The notes: a model not told the origin generated them from the sequence alone. DNA of 64,000 nucleotides from Negativicutes bacterium (GCA_963665275.2 CAXXIN010000003.1:96001-160000), one strand, 5' to 3'; positions 40,977 to 51,335 are shown, counted from the stretch's first letter. A program made the numbers and translations.

Positions 40977-41007
40977 TTATGTTTTTTTCTTAAACCCTTT
41001 CGCGTAG

Positions 41008-41590
41008 TCAAAGAGTGGCTTGTTTGCTCCCCCTTTCGGAGCAAGGCCGTAAACCCTTGTCTGCTGCGCCCCAGCTCAACAACCTCGAACCCTGCTGCTT
41101 GGGCTTGTTGCAGTTCTTCGTTAAAGCTTGCTCCACCGAAACATGATGACCCGGTTCAGCAATGAACAGCCTGGCATTCTGTTTCAAAACGCCAAATGCT
41201 GCTGTAAAAAAATCCCGGGCATCCGGCAATTCATGAACCACAGCATAGGCAAAAACCAAATCCACGGCTTCTGCCAAGTCTGCCATCCCCAGGGATTCAC
41301 TCGTCGCAAGACGCGTTTCGATCCGTTGGCGCAGCTTTGCTTTTTCAGCCCCTTTGTTCCAACTGTTCCAGCATTTTCGGCTGGATGTCGATCGCAATAA
41401 CCCGGCCGGATTCGGCGACCTTTTTGGCAATCTCCAGCGAAAAGAAACCCATCCCGGTGTCCGATTTCTACCACAGTCATTCCTTCTTGAACCAAGGGCG
41501 CAATGATTTTCTTCGGATTTTGCAGCAGTTTTCGCAATGCGGACTAATTAAAAGGTACCCCATCCACCACGGACTTACCTTGCAGGCCAT
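41008..41590 (-). pseudogene. Class I SAM-dependent methyltransferase, frameshifted
   Basis: PWWMGY...LRKLLQNP...GMTVVEIG; VDLVFAYAVVHE...LFIAEP in another frame. Confidence 0.7.
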
Positions 41591-41681
41591 CATTCAATCA
41601 CTCCTCTTTAAGTAACCAGGAAAATCAGCCACTTAAGAAATTATAACACTATCTCTCTTTCAAAAGCGTTTAAAGATACAC

Positions 41682-41716
41682 AAAAACAGAGGCCCGCTTC
41701 ATCCCGCGAGCCTCTG
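41682..41716 (-). terminator. Intrinsic terminator closing the secreted-protein pair
   Basis: CAGAGGC / GCCTCTG stem with an A5 run on the left (U tail on the minus strand). Confidence 0.6.
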
Positions 41717-41743
41717 GCAGATCTCTGCTGTGTGTTGCTTTTT

Positions 41744-42823
41744 TTACCTTTTCGCTTTTGCTTTGGTCAAGGTTGCGTCCTGCGTGGGCACTGCCATGAA
41801 GATCAGGGAGTAATCCGCATAGTCGCCGGATTGCAAATAGGCCACTAAATCGTAGTTGATGCCGGAAATCACGGTTACACCTGAAGTGGTGGAAAAATTG
41901 GGATAAGCCAGTGCCGCCGTATTAAGAAAGTTCGGTTGGCTAATGGCGCCGCTGGCTGTCAGTACAGGAACCCAGGCATTCGGATTGCTTCCTCCAGAAC
42001 CGCCTGCCCCCTGAATCGTAAGAAACTGTGTGACATTCCAGGAATTATTATACGGGAACTTGGATTCGAGACAGCTGGTCTCATTGGTCGTTGAAGTAGC
42101 CCAGCCGTAATTATTGGTCCCGTCGCCGTAACCGAGCGCGGGAGCCTGGTAAAAGTTCCAGCAATTCGGCATCTCCATATAGTTTGACGGCTGCGCAAAA
42201 TCCATGGAAGAAGTGACCATGAAATTCAGGGTTGCGGTCTTGCTACTCTGGGTTCCGGTTAACGTGTTGATAGTGATCGGCATGGAAACATATCCGGTAT
42301 TGGCGACATAGATACCGTTACTCCCTCCACTTTTCGGTTTATTGAATTGCGTTAAATTGGTGGCTGGCGCTACCCAGGCATTGCTGCTGTTGGTGGTAAC
42401 CCACACATTGTTTGGATCGTTGAGCGCAATTTGCACGGAGTGAAAGGCAAAGCCGGTTTTGCTGATATTCGCGTTGGTAGGGGGCGTGGCGGAACTGTTG
42501 TTAACGCCGTTTATCCCTTTCAAAGGAAAGGGAGTTACCGACAGGGGATTGGTATTCTGGCCTACCAGGGGCTTGCCGGCAAAACCGGGCAGCATATTGT
42601 TATCGGGCTGGGTAGGATCACCGACGTAAATTTCCCAGGGAGTCAAATTAATGATGTTCAGCACGTTCAGTGCCGACATATTGGGGCCTTTCACCCCATT
42701 TGCGTTGTATGTGTTTTCCGTAAAAGCCATAATGTTCGCGTAAGGTGCATTGGCAAAAGCAATATTGCTGAATCCCGTTATTAAGATGAGCAGAAAACAC
42801 AATAAAAATCTTCTTTTTATCAT
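41744..42823 (-). CDS. Secreted Asn/Thr/Ser-rich hypothetical protein (B)
   Basis: Sec signal peptide ending AFA; GAGG RBS; 359-aa intact ORF with no recognised family. Confidence 0.75.
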   Translation of the reverse strand: MIKRRFLLCFLLILITGFSNIAFANAPYANIMAFTENTYNANGVKGPNMSALNVLNIINLTPWEIYVGDPTQPDNNMLPGFAGKPLVGQNTNPLSVTPFPLKGINGVNNSSATPPTNANISKTGFAFHSVQIALNDPNNVWVTTNSSNAWVAPATNLTQFNKPKSGGSNGIYVANTGYVSMPITINTLTGTQSSKTATLNFMVTSSMDFAQPSNYMEMPNCWNFYQAPALGYGDGTNNYGWATSTTNETSCLESKFPYNNSWNVTQFLTIQGAGGSGGSNPNAWVPVLTASGAISQPNFLNTAALAYPNFSTTSGVTVISGINYDLVAYLQSGDYADYSLIFMAVPTQDATLTKAKAKR

Positions 42824-42845
42824 TTCATTTTCCTCGCTTTCTCTG

Positions 42846-44339
42846 TTATTTCTGTTCCAGTTTTGTCAGGTAGGGTTTGATCGTGGGGATTTCTTGCTGA
42901 TGTTTGGCGAATATTGTTTTTAAACTGGCTTTCATCTTGGCTATCGCAGCCGGATTGTTTTTTTCCTTTTGATATTGGCCATTGAACCCAAATGTATCGA
43001 TAATGCTTTTTGCATCTTGGGGATCTTTCTGGGCAATGGCTTTGAGGATTTCTAAAATTTTGAAGGTGTCTGCGGCTTGCTCTTTGGTCGATTTGGGCAG
43101 TAATCCCGTCGATGAAATTTGCGAAGGAGAACCGGAGTTCAAATATTTATTAATTACATTTTGCACGGAATTCGATGAATATAGGCCGTTGTTGATGACG
43201 ACAACAATCAGCGTATCCGCAGAATTTCGCTCATTTACCGACGTGCCTTGCGGAGCTTGCCGCCAAGTCATCGCAAACACGCCGTTTTGCTGTTCGATCG
43301 GCAAGGATGTTGTCGCTGTCGTAACATTCATCTGATAATTGACGGATCCATCCACTAACGTCATCGTCCCCAGTTGCGTCCCTGTAGTTGACGCTGTGGA
43401 AACCGTAACTCCGTTGTATTTTGCCGGATACGCCTGATTGGTGGTCAGAGGATCGCTTTCGGTTTGAAACATCCCCGCGAAACTGTTGTACAGGCCATAT
43501 AGAACACCGGCCATGTCAACAACGTCCGGATTGCAGAAGCTATCAATATCCCCCATGATGCCCATGCCGATCCCCAGCCAATCCACTGGGTTCTGACTGC
43601 TGCTATTCGGCTGGTAAGCAGAAACGGCTCCGCCCAGACTCTGAATGCCGATCGTATATTCAGCGATCGGAGTGGTCGTTCCCCCGTACAATTTCATCCA
43701 GATGGAAGCGTTGGACTCGTTATTCATACTTTGTGCAGAGGCGGTCACGTTCGGTGCACCAGTAAACTGAACGCCCACGGGTCCAGGCGTCGCGCCCAAA
43801 GAATTGATGGAGCCAAAAGCCCCATATTGAGTTTTCCCATAGTTGACGGATCCGCTCCAAGAGGGAAAGAAGTTGAACACATTCATGAAGCTCCATTTTG
43901 AATTGGCGGCATATGTGGTCGTTCCAGCAGTCGTTGTGCCAATGACTGCCGGCATAAGAGAAGCTGAAACCACGCCATCGGCAGGAACAAATGGTGTCGT
44001 GACATTGGGAAAGGCTATCGTATCACCGGTTGATTGGGGGTTGAACATGCCGGACAAGCCAATCGCTATGGGATATCCGCCTGAGATGTAATTGGCCGAG
44101 TGATCCGAAGAGACTCCGAAATTTATCGGAGACTGGGTTAAATTAAAAATCATCACCGGTAACGTACCATAGGTTTGCAGCTGAATTGCCTGGGCGCTGA
44201 TTGCGTTTGGTTGGGCAGCGACAGCGAGCGCTGCAGCACCGGAAAAACTGTTTATCGCCAATAGTAGTGCAAGTGCTAGCGTTGCTTTGTACGGCAAGTT
44301 ATTTCTTCCCATCGTTTTTGTTCTCTTGAAAAAATACAT
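42846..44339 (-). CDS. Secreted hypothetical protein (A) with internal hydrophobic helical segment and charged helical C-terminus
   Basis: AGGAGG RBS; signal peptide; 497-aa intact ORF with no recognised family. Confidence 0.75.
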   Translation of the reverse strand: MYFFKRTKTMGRNNLPYKATLALALLLAINSFSGAAALAVAAQPNAISAQAIQLQTYGTLPVMIFNLTQSPINFGVSSDHSANYISGGYPIAIGLSGMFNPQSTGDTIAFPNVTTPFVPADGVVSASLMPAVIGTTTAGTTTYAANSKWSFMNVFNFFPSWSGSVNYGKTQYGAFGSINSLGATPGPVGVQFTGAPNVTASAQSMNNESNASIWMKLYGGTTTPIAEYTIGIQSLGGAVSAYQPNSSSQNPVDWLGIGMGIMGDIDSFCNPDVVDMAGVLYGLYNSFAGMFQTESDPLTTNQAYPAKYNGVTVSTASTTGTQLGTMTLVDGSVNYQMNVTTATTSLPIEQQNGVFAMTWRQAPQGTSVNERNSADTLIVVVINNGLYSSNSVQNVINKYLNSGSPSQISSTGLLPKSTKEQAADTFKILEILKAIAQKDPQDAKSIIDTFGFNGQYQKEKNNPAAIAKMKASLKTIFAKHQQEIPTIKPYLTKLEQK

Positions 44340-44393
44340 GGATCGTTCCTCCTCTATCTTTTGATTGCGCCGGCGGTTGGCAGGAAAGCATCG

Positions 44394-44462
44394 TTAAAAG
44401 TGGGAACGGCCAAAAAACAGGGGCAGGACTAATTTGAAAATCGTTCCTTTTGAAAAACACAT
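44394..44462 (-). other. 22-codon ORF with strong RBS, probable signal-peptide remnant
   Basis: AGGAGGAAGCGTGT-ATG; MCFSKGTIFKLVLPLFFGRSHF. Confidence 0.4.
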
Positions 44463-44600
44463 ACACGCTTCCTCCTTCACCCTTCTTGCAGCTATGACTT
44501 ATTTATTAAGCATTTTTGCAGCTTCATTGTATAACAATTGCGGCTATTGCAACCTTCAAAAGGAAAATCCGCACCTTTTCGAGTAAAATCAGCAGATAAG

Positions 44601-44635
44601 AAAAGACAGAACCCGCTAGAGTGGTTCTGTCTTTT
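44601..44635. terminator. Intrinsic terminator after the AlaDH-like gene
   Basis: AAAAGACAGAACC / GGTTCTGTCTTTT. Confidence 0.75.
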
Positions 44636-44659
44636 TAAAAGTTAAATTAGCTAACGTTT

Positions 44660-45826
44660 TTAAACTTTAATAAAATTAGTAGACCGTGTTGAAGTTGCAG
44701 GCGGCGCCGGAGCGATTTTCCTATCACTTATTTGCAGTGCATCTTCCGGCCGCATCCACGGCAACCCTTGAATCGCGCTAGTTTCTTCGTGCGTCAACAC
44801 ACCGTCATAGGTCGTCAGGCTTCGCCTGATAAAGCCATCCGTGACACAAGCCTCCGCTACGCCATTATTCATGATGTTTAAGAACATTGGCAGCGCTTCA
44901 GCCGCAATCACTACCGAAGTCGAGTGCGCAACCGCGCTCGGGATATTGCTTACGCAAAAATGCACAACGCCGTTCACGACATATCTGGGAGCATCATGGG
45001 AAGTCTCGTGACTTGACTCAATAGCACCTGGATCATCATTGCTGATGTCAACAAGTACGGAACCCGGTTCCATTAGCTTTAGCATTTCCTTCGTGATTAA
45101 AAAGTCTTTTCTTTCTTTGGGCCACCGAACACAGTTAATCACCATATCCATCATTGGCAATACTTGTTGTATGGCTTCTTTTGTACAGTACATTGTATTG
45201 ATGTCGTTGCCGTAGGTTCTTCTGATATCTTGCATAATGCCCAAGTTAACGTCCATCAGGGTAATAGCTGCGCCCAGATCGTGAAGTATTTCCAGGGAAC
45301 CTCGGCCGACAACACCGCCGCCCAAAATCAAAACGTTCATGCCCGGCGCCCCGGCAAACCCGCTGACAAATTTTCCTTTGCCGCCGTTAATAGACAACAT
45401 CGACTCAAGACCGAACAATGCGCCCTGCTTTCCTGCCGCTTCGCAGTTGGGAGAACCGTTGCGATGGCTGTCTTCAGCGGTAATCGCAGTAACTTTATGG
45501 GAAAGCAAAGCCTGCACTTCTTCCGGATGCGCCGCAGGATGTATGCAACAGTAAATAAGCTGCCCTTCTCTGAGCAGTTCATATTCGGATGGCTCGATTT
45601 CTTTTACTTTGACTACAAAATCACACTTACCATAAATTTCTTTCGCCGTATTACAAATTTCAGCTCCAGCTTTTTCATAGGCTTCATCGTGAAAACCCGC
45701 CGCAAGGCCACTATTGCTTTGTACATAAACTTTGTGACCGTTTTGAATTACCGATACCACTTCAAGTGGCGTAAGCATAACCCTGTTTTCTCCATGCTTG
45801 ATATCTTTCAAAAGCCCTAAAATCAT
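44660..45826 (-). CDS. Divergent alanine dehydrogenase/PNT-family NAD(P) oxidoreductase
   Basis: ENRV, KVKE, H, GGGVVG Rossmann motif and NIP retained; canonical AlaDH substrate segment altered. Confidence 0.75.
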   Translation of the reverse strand: MILGLLKDIKHGENRVMLTPLEVVSVIQNGHKVYVQSNSGLAAGFHDEAYEKAGAEICNTAKEIYGKCDFVVKVKEIEPSEYELLREGQLIYCCIHPAAHPEEVQALLSHKVTAITAEDSHRNGSPNCEAAGKQGALFGLESMLSINGGKGKFVSGFAGAPGMNVLILGGGVVGRGSLEILHDLGAAITLMDVNLGIMQDIRRTYGNDINTMYCTKEAIQQVLPMMDMVINCVRWPKERKDFLITKEMLKLMEPGSVLVDISNDDPGAIESSHETSHDAPRYVVNGVVHFCVSNIPSAVAHSTSVVIAAEALPMFLNIMNNGVAEACVTDGFIRRSLTTYDGVLTHEETSAIQGLPWMRPEDALQISDRKIAPAPPATSTRSTNFIKV

Positions 45827-45837
45827 TTTAACTCCTC

Positions 45838-46803
45838 CTACCTGTATAATGTGCACGCAACAAAATGTTCAGTTGATAGTTCTTTTAATTCAACGTCGCT
45901 GCCTGTGCAAATTTCTGAAACATAGTCGCATCTGGCCGCAAACCTGCAACCCGGTTTAACATTAATCGGACTCGAAATTTCGCCTTTAATGAGTACAAAT
46001 TCCTCATCACGCTTCGAAATGTCAGGTTCAGGGATGGCCGATAGCAGCGCCTTAGTATATGGGTGCTGCGGATTCAGGAACAATTCGTCCGACGGCGCCA
46101 TTTCAACGCATTTCCCCAGATACATTACCATTATTTTATTCGAAATATGCTTTACTACGCTCAGATCATGCGTAACAAACATATACGTAAGACCCAGTTC
46201 ATCGGCCAAATCCATTAAAAGATTTAAGATCTGCGCCTGAATGGACACGTCCAGGGCTGAAACCGGTTCGTCGCAAACAATAAACTGCGGATTCAGTGAC
46301 AAAGCACGCGCAATACCGATACGTTGACGGCGTCCTCCGTCAAGTTCATGCGGATACGAGTTGGCATATCTTCTTGCCAGGCCTACCAGGTCCATTAACT
46401 CAGCCGCACGGTTATAAATGGCCGCTGTGGTCGGATATGTTTTGTGAATAAACATATATTCGGCAATAACCTCAACTACCGACTTGCGCGGGTCAATGCT
46501 TGAATGCGGGTCCTGAAAAATGATTTGCATCTCTTTTCTAAGCTCTCGCATTTTACTCGAATTTAACTTTGTAATATCATTGCCTTTAAACAATATTTGT
46601 CCCGAGGTAGGCTCAAGCAATCGCAAAATCGTCCGGCCAAGAGTACTCTTACCACAGCCTGATTCACCGACAACACCGACCGTTTCGCCGGAATAGACTT
46701 TCAAATTAATGCCATCAACCGCATGGAGGTGCGCCCCACCATTCAATTTAAACAACTTTCTTAAATTAACCGTTTCGAGCAACGGTGTTCTGGTGGAGTC
46801 CAT
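45838..46803 (-). CDS. Peptide/nickel ABC transporter ATPase (OppF/DppF)
   Basis: [21 protein letters not shown]-terminal Cys cluster. Confidence 0.92.
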   Translation of the reverse strand: MDSTRTPLLETVNLRKLFKLNGGAHLHAVDGINLKVYSGETVGVVGESGCGKSTLGRTILRLLEPTSGQILFKGNDITKLNSSKMRELRKEMQIIFQDPHSSIDPRKSVVEVIAEYMFIHKTYPTTAAIYNRAAELMDLVGLARRYANSYPHELDGGRRQRIGIARALSLNPQFIVCDEPVSALDVSIQAQILNLLMDLADELGLTYMFVTHDLSVVKHISNKIMVMYLGKCVEMAPSDELFLNPQHPYTKALLSAIPEPDISKRDEEFVLIKGEISSPINVKPGCRFAARCDYVSEICTGSDVELKELSTEHFVACTLYR

Positions 46804-47796
46804 TTAAGCTTCCCCCCCTCTGTAAAGATGACAAAGCAGCGTATGAGTACCCTCGGTTACCTTCACAGGGTGTTCCTTGGTACAAATTTCCATGCAGTGC
46901 TTGCACCTGGGAGCAAAATAACAGCCCTTAGGCAAATTTGACGGGTCCGGCATTAGCCCTTGAATAGGCTGCAACCTGGCAGACCTTGAACTCAGACTCG
47001 GTATGGAATCAAAGAGGCCCTGCGTGTAGGGATGGCGTCTATCGTTCGTGAAGATATCAAATACTGTACCGGATTCAATAATTTCGCCTGCGTACATCAC
47101 GGCTACTTCATCGCAAATTTTCGCTACAATCCCCAAGTCATGAGTAATCATGAGCATCGAAGTCCCGAGTCGATCCCGGAGTTCTCTGATCATCATCAGA
47201 ACTTGCGCTTGTATGGTTACATCAAGGGCAGTGGTTGGCTCATCTGCAATCAGTAAGCCAGGCTCACAAACAATGGCCATGGCAATGACAACCCTTTGTT
47301 TCATACCGCCGGAAAATTGATGCGGATATTCGTTTTTTCTGCTTGGCAGGATTCCAACCATCAACAGGGCATTTTCCACTTTTTGCTCAGTTTCGGCTTT
47401 GCTTAAATCAGGATTATGCAAATTGATTGCTTCGGCAATTTGTTCGCCAACCGTCATTACTGGATTCAAGCTGGTCATGGGATCCTGAAAGATCATCGCA
47501 ATTTGGTCGCCTCTTACCTTGCGCATTTCCAGCGGCGACAGATTCAAGAGCTCTTGCCCTGCGAAATGAATTTCGCCGCTTAATATCTTGCCTGTCTTCT
47601 CTGGTAAAAGTCGCATAATCGAAAGCGCGGTCGTCGTTTTACCTGCGCCTGTCTCGCCAACTAATCCGAGCGTTTTCCCTTTACGGATTTTTAAATCGAT
47701 ACCGTTTATAGCCTCAACGGTTTCCAAATCGGTTTGATAGATTACCCTCAGGTTTTTAATATCTAAAATCGCATCACTATTCATAAACTCTTTCAT
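46804..47796 (-). CDS. Peptide/nickel ABC transporter ATPase (OppD/DppD)
   Basis: [24 protein letters not shown]. Confidence 0.92.
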   Translation of the reverse strand: MKEFMNSDAILDIKNLRVIYQTDLETVEAINGIDLKIRKGKTLGLVGETGAGKTTTALSIMRLLPEKTGKILSGEIHFAGQELLNLSPLEMRKVRGDQIAMIFQDPMTSLNPVMTVGEQIAEAINLHNPDLSKAETEQKVENALLMVGILPSRKNEYPHQFSGGMKQRVVIAMAIVCEPGLLIADEPTTALDVTIQAQVLMMIRELRDRLGTSMLMITHDLGIVAKICDEVAVMYAGEIIESGTVFDIFTNDRRHPYTQGLFDSIPSLSSRSARLQPIQGLMPDPSNLPKGCYFAPRCKHCMEICTKEHPVKVTEGTHTLLCHLYRGGEA

Positions 47797-47808
47797 TCCC
47801 CCATAGCT

Positions 47809-48711
47809 CTATGATTTCAGCTGAGGATCAAGTGCGTCGCGCAGACCGTCACCGATTAGGTTAATTGATGAAGCAGCCACTACAATAGCCATGGTCGGGA
47901 AGAATAAAAGGTGCGGCGCCGCGCGCATGAATTCTCTTGCTTCCGCCAGCATCAGTCCCCATTCCGGCGCGGGCGGCGGCATACCCAACCCCAAAAAGCT
48001 CAAGGTCGACTCATAGAGAATGATTTTGGCGACGTTCAAGGTCGTATTTACAATAATTACTCCCATGGCATTCGGCAAAATGTGGGAAAGGATGATGCGG
48101 GTACTGCCTGACCCTCCCGCCTTTGCGGCCTCGACGTAATCCTGTTCCGAAAGAGTCAAGACCTGTGAACGAACAAGCCGCACATAGTTGGTGAAATACG
48201 CCAGGGTAAGGGCGATCAATAAGTTTTGAAAATTTGCCCCTAACGCAAAAACCACTGCCATGGTAAATAAAATATCCGGAATGGACATGAAAATATCCAG
48301 GGACCGCATGATAATGCCGTCAACTTTGCCGCCAAAATAGCCTGATATCGCGCCAAGTGTACTGCCAATCACACAGGACGACATGGTTGCAAGAATAGCG
48401 ACAAGCAAGGAAGTTCTGCCGCCGTACAGAACCCTGGCGAACACATCGCGACCGTAAGAATCCGTACCAAATATGTGCGCCGCCGACGGCGCCTGGTTAA
48501 TCTGAGAAAAGACACCTTTGGTTGCCGCTGAATAAGGAACAATTAACTCCGCTGCTGCAAGCATAATCAGAATAAACGAAAACAACACCAGCCCAATCAT
48601 AGCGCCTTTATTCTTTTTATACATGCGCCATACTTCTTTTGCTTGGCTTTGTTTTTTGAAAACTATTTTTTCTACCGGTTGTGATGCAGTTTGCGACATG
48701 GCGTTTTCCAC
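47809..48711 (-). CDS. Peptide/nickel ABC permease (OppC/DppC)
   Basis: GTDSYGRD, EAA motif, LSFLGLG, GDGLRDALDP. Confidence 0.92.
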   Translation of the reverse strand: MENAMSQTASQPVEKIVFKKQSQAKEVWRMYKKNKGAMIGLVLFSFILIMLAAAELIVPYSAATKGVFSQINQAPSAAHIFGTDSYGRDVFARVLYGGRTSLLVAILATMSSCVIGSTLGAISGYFGGKVDGIIMRSLDIFMSIPDILFTMAVVFALGANFQNLLIALTLAYFTNYVRLVRSQVLTLSEQDYVEAAKAGGSGSTRIILSHILPNAMGVIIVNTTLNVAKIILYESTLSFLGLGMPPPAPEWGLMLAEAREFMRAAPHLLFFPTMAIVVAASSINLIGDGLRDALDPQLKS

Positions 48712-48715
48712 TAAA

Positions 48716-49657
48716 TCACCCCTTAACTCTCGCATACTTAGCCCGAATACGCGGGTCAATATAAGCGTAAATCAAATCAACAAGCAGCATGACAACTGTA
48801 AAGCAGACGGAAATCAAAATTGTTCCGGCAATAATAACCGGCTCGTCTTTATAGGTGATACGGTCTACAATCAAGCTGCCAATTCCCGGAATGGAAAACA
48901 GTTTTTCCGCCACAACCGCTCCGCAGATCAAATTGCCCAGGCTCATACCAACGTTGGTAACAACAGGCAACAATGCATTCTTCAGGGCGTGTTTCCAAAT
49001 AACCGTACTTTCTGAAGCCCCTTTGGCCCTTGCCGTGCGAACGTAATCCTGACGAATAGACTCCAGCATTGAAGATTTTGTAAATCTGAGGTTAATCGCG
49101 GCTGGCGGGATTGACACAGCGAGCGCCGGCATAATATAGCTTTTGAAGGATTCAATACCGTACGACGGGAACCAATTCAGTTTGAGGGAAAATAAATACA
49201 ACAGCAACATACCCAAGACGAAAGACGGAATCGCCGCAATAAAAAAAGCAATGAGGGACGGGATTGTATCCCATAGGGAATATTGCCGGACCGCGGTATA
49301 AATGCCAAACGGGATGCCGATTAAAGATGACAGCACAACCCCGATAAAGGCCAATTTGACCGTTACTATATATCTTGGCCAAATTTCTTCGAATACCGAT
49401 TGTTTAGTAAAATACGACACGCCGAAATCTTGATGCACAACCACTTGGTACACATAGCGCCCATATTTTTCTAAAAACGGCAAGTCATAGCCAAGCTGAT
49501 GATTTAACTCAGCTATTTGCTCTTGCGACGCGGCGTCACCCAGAAGGATTCTGGCCGGATCACCCGGAGTCATGCTCATAACCAGAAAAAGAATAAAAAT
49601 TACGCCTAATACGGAAGGTATCAGAAACAGCAGCCTGTTTATGACATATCTATACAT
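48716..49657 (-). CDS. Peptide/nickel ABC permease (OppB/DppB)
   Basis: PGDPA, DYVRTARAKG, HALKNA, DPRIR. Confidence 0.92.
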   Translation of the reverse strand: MYRYVINRLLFLIPSVLGVIFILFLVMSMTPGDPARILLGDAASQEQIAELNHQLGYDLPFLEKYGRYVYQVVVHQDFGVSYFTKQSVFEEIWPRYIVTVKLAFIGVVLSSLIGIPFGIYTAVRQYSLWDTIPSLIAFFIAAIPSFVLGMLLLYLFSLKLNWFPSYGIESFKSYIMPALAVSIPPAAINLRFTKSSMLESIRQDYVRTARAKGASESTVIWKHALKNALLPVVTNVGMSLGNLICGAVVAEKLFSIPGIGSLIVDRITYKDEPVIIAGTILISVCFTVVMLLVDLIYAYIDPRIRAKYARVKG

Positions 49658-49697
49658 TCTTCTGCCTCCTTAATTGGCACGGGGCACTGGGGCAACC

Positions 49698-49744
49698 ATT
49701 TAAAACTTAGGCTGTCTTTCATTAAGACAGCCTAAGTTTTAAAT
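49698..49744. repeat. Perfect 21-bp inverted repeat between the SBP and permease genes (mRNA stabiliser or partial terminator)
   Basis: ATTTAAAACTTAGGCTGTCTT-TCATT-AAGACAGCCTAAGTTTTAAAT. Confidence 0.75.
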
Positions 49745-49760
49745 TAAATTGAATGACCCT

Positions 49761-51335
49761 TTACTTCTTCCAAGAGAAAGCTTTAACTTTATAGATCGTT
49801 GGCACCGGTTTTCCGATATTGAGCCCTTGAGCCCACACAATAGCAACCGGCCGATGGAGGAGCGGGTCAATTGTAGCTGTATCCATAACGATTTTCCACA
49901 ACTCAGTGTAGTGTTTTAGACGTTCATTGTTATCAGATGCGGCCGCACCCAGCTCAACCAGCTTTTCGATTCGCTGCCAGTCAAACTTGCCGTCTTTGTA
50001 TTTAACCAAGTACATACCCTTTGACTCACTGTGAACTTGTTGACGAATATTGTTAAAGTCAAAGTTGTTTGAATCTGAGAAAACAGCCAGGTCATAATTC
50101 TGGGAATACATTTTGGGGGTGATAATCGCGTTTTCAGCAATTTGAACACCGGCTTTTATGCCGACATCAGCCAAATTGGATTGGATGACTTGGGCAATGA
50201 TTCCGTTGAAAGAGGTAGGCGACGGATAAGAAATAATGGTACCCACGTCTACGCCATTCGGATAACCGGCTTCTTTCAGCAATTCCTTGGCTTTGGCCGG
50301 ATTAAATTTATAGGTTTCGAATCCGGTTTCCGGGGATGTCGGTACATACTCATGGGGCATATAGCTGACAGCCGGTGAACCGTAGCCAGCTGCCATCGCT
50401 TTATTAATATCGTCCTTATTGATGGCGTAGAAAATGGCCTGACGTACTTTATCATTGGCAAGAATGCCTTTGTTTGACGGCGATTGATAGTTAACAGCCA
50501 TGAAGTGGATATTGTTACCCTTGATCATGGCATTATTCTCAGGTCCTGCCTGCTCTTTAAGGGTATTCCAGTTTGACAGTGCAACATCTTCCAAATAGTC
50601 AAGTTCTTTGTTATGGAACGCCACTTGCACAGCCGCATCATCGGAAATCACACGAAACTCGACTTTTTTAATGCTCGGCGCTCCGCCCCAGTAACCTTCG
50701 AAGGCTTGAAGCTTAACACCAGTGGCCACATTGTATTCTGTTGGATAGTACGGACCTGTTCCGGCCTTACTGGGAACCGTGCCAAATTTATCGCCTAGCG
50801 ATGCAACTTCTTTTTCGTTCATGATTTTAAGGGAATAGAACGTGTGCAGAATAGGCGCATAGGCCTCGGATAAGGTGATTTTTACAGTCGAATCATTCAC
50901 AGCGCTCACGTCTTTGATCTTGGCTGTCAAATAACCGAATCTCGGATCTTTCATTGCGCGCTTATAGGTAAACACTACGTCGGATGCTTTTAGCGGCTCG
51001 CCGTTTTGGAATTTGACGCCGTCGCGAAGCGTTATGATGTATTCTTTTTTGTCGCCACTTAACTTAACCTCTTTGGCAAGCTCTTGGTAATAACCGTTCT
51101 TTGACTCGTCAAGTCCATAAAGGCCTTCATAAATTTGCGTCCAAACTTTCATATCTCTGAGGGCTGTAGTGTGTTGAGGATTCAAAGATGCAAGGGAAGA
51201 CGGGAGTCTGAGTTTCAGCACCTTGTCATTGCCTGAAGCAGCCGGCGTCGAACTGCTTGGGGCTGATGAACAACCTGCTAGCGCAAGACAAGCAATAAGG
51301 ATCATAAGGACTATTACTAGATCTCTTTTTTTCAC
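49761..51335 (-). CDS. Family-5 ABC substrate-binding lipoprotein (OppA/DppA-like)
   Basis: GTG start, lipobox LAGC, LRDGVKFQNGEPLKASDV, GTGPY. Confidence 0.9.
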   Translation of the reverse strand: MKKRDLVIVLMILIACLALAGCSSAPSSSTPAASGNDKVLKLRLPSSLASLNPQHTTALRDMKVWTQIYEGLYGLDESKNGYYQELAKEVKLSGDKKEYIITLRDGVKFQNGEPLKASDVVFTYKRAMKDPRFGYLTAKIKDVSAVNDSTVKITLSEAYAPILHTFYSLKIMNEKEVASLGDKFGTVPSKAGTGPYYPTEYNVATGVKLQAFEGYWGGAPSIKKVEFRVISDDAAVQVAFHNKELDYLEDVALSNWNTLKEQAGPENNAMIKGNNIHFMAVNYQSPSNKGILANDKVRQAIFYAINKDDINKAMAAGYGSPAVSYMPHEYVPTSPETGFETYKFNPAKAKELLKEAGYPNGVDVGTIISYPSPTSFNGIIAQVIQSNLADVGIKAGVQIAENAIITPKMYSQNYDLAVFSDSNNFDFNNIRQQVHSESKGMYLVKYKDGKFDWQRIEKLVELGAAASDNNERLKHYTELWKIVMDTATIDPLLHRPVAIVWAQGLNIGKPVPTIYKVKAFSWKK

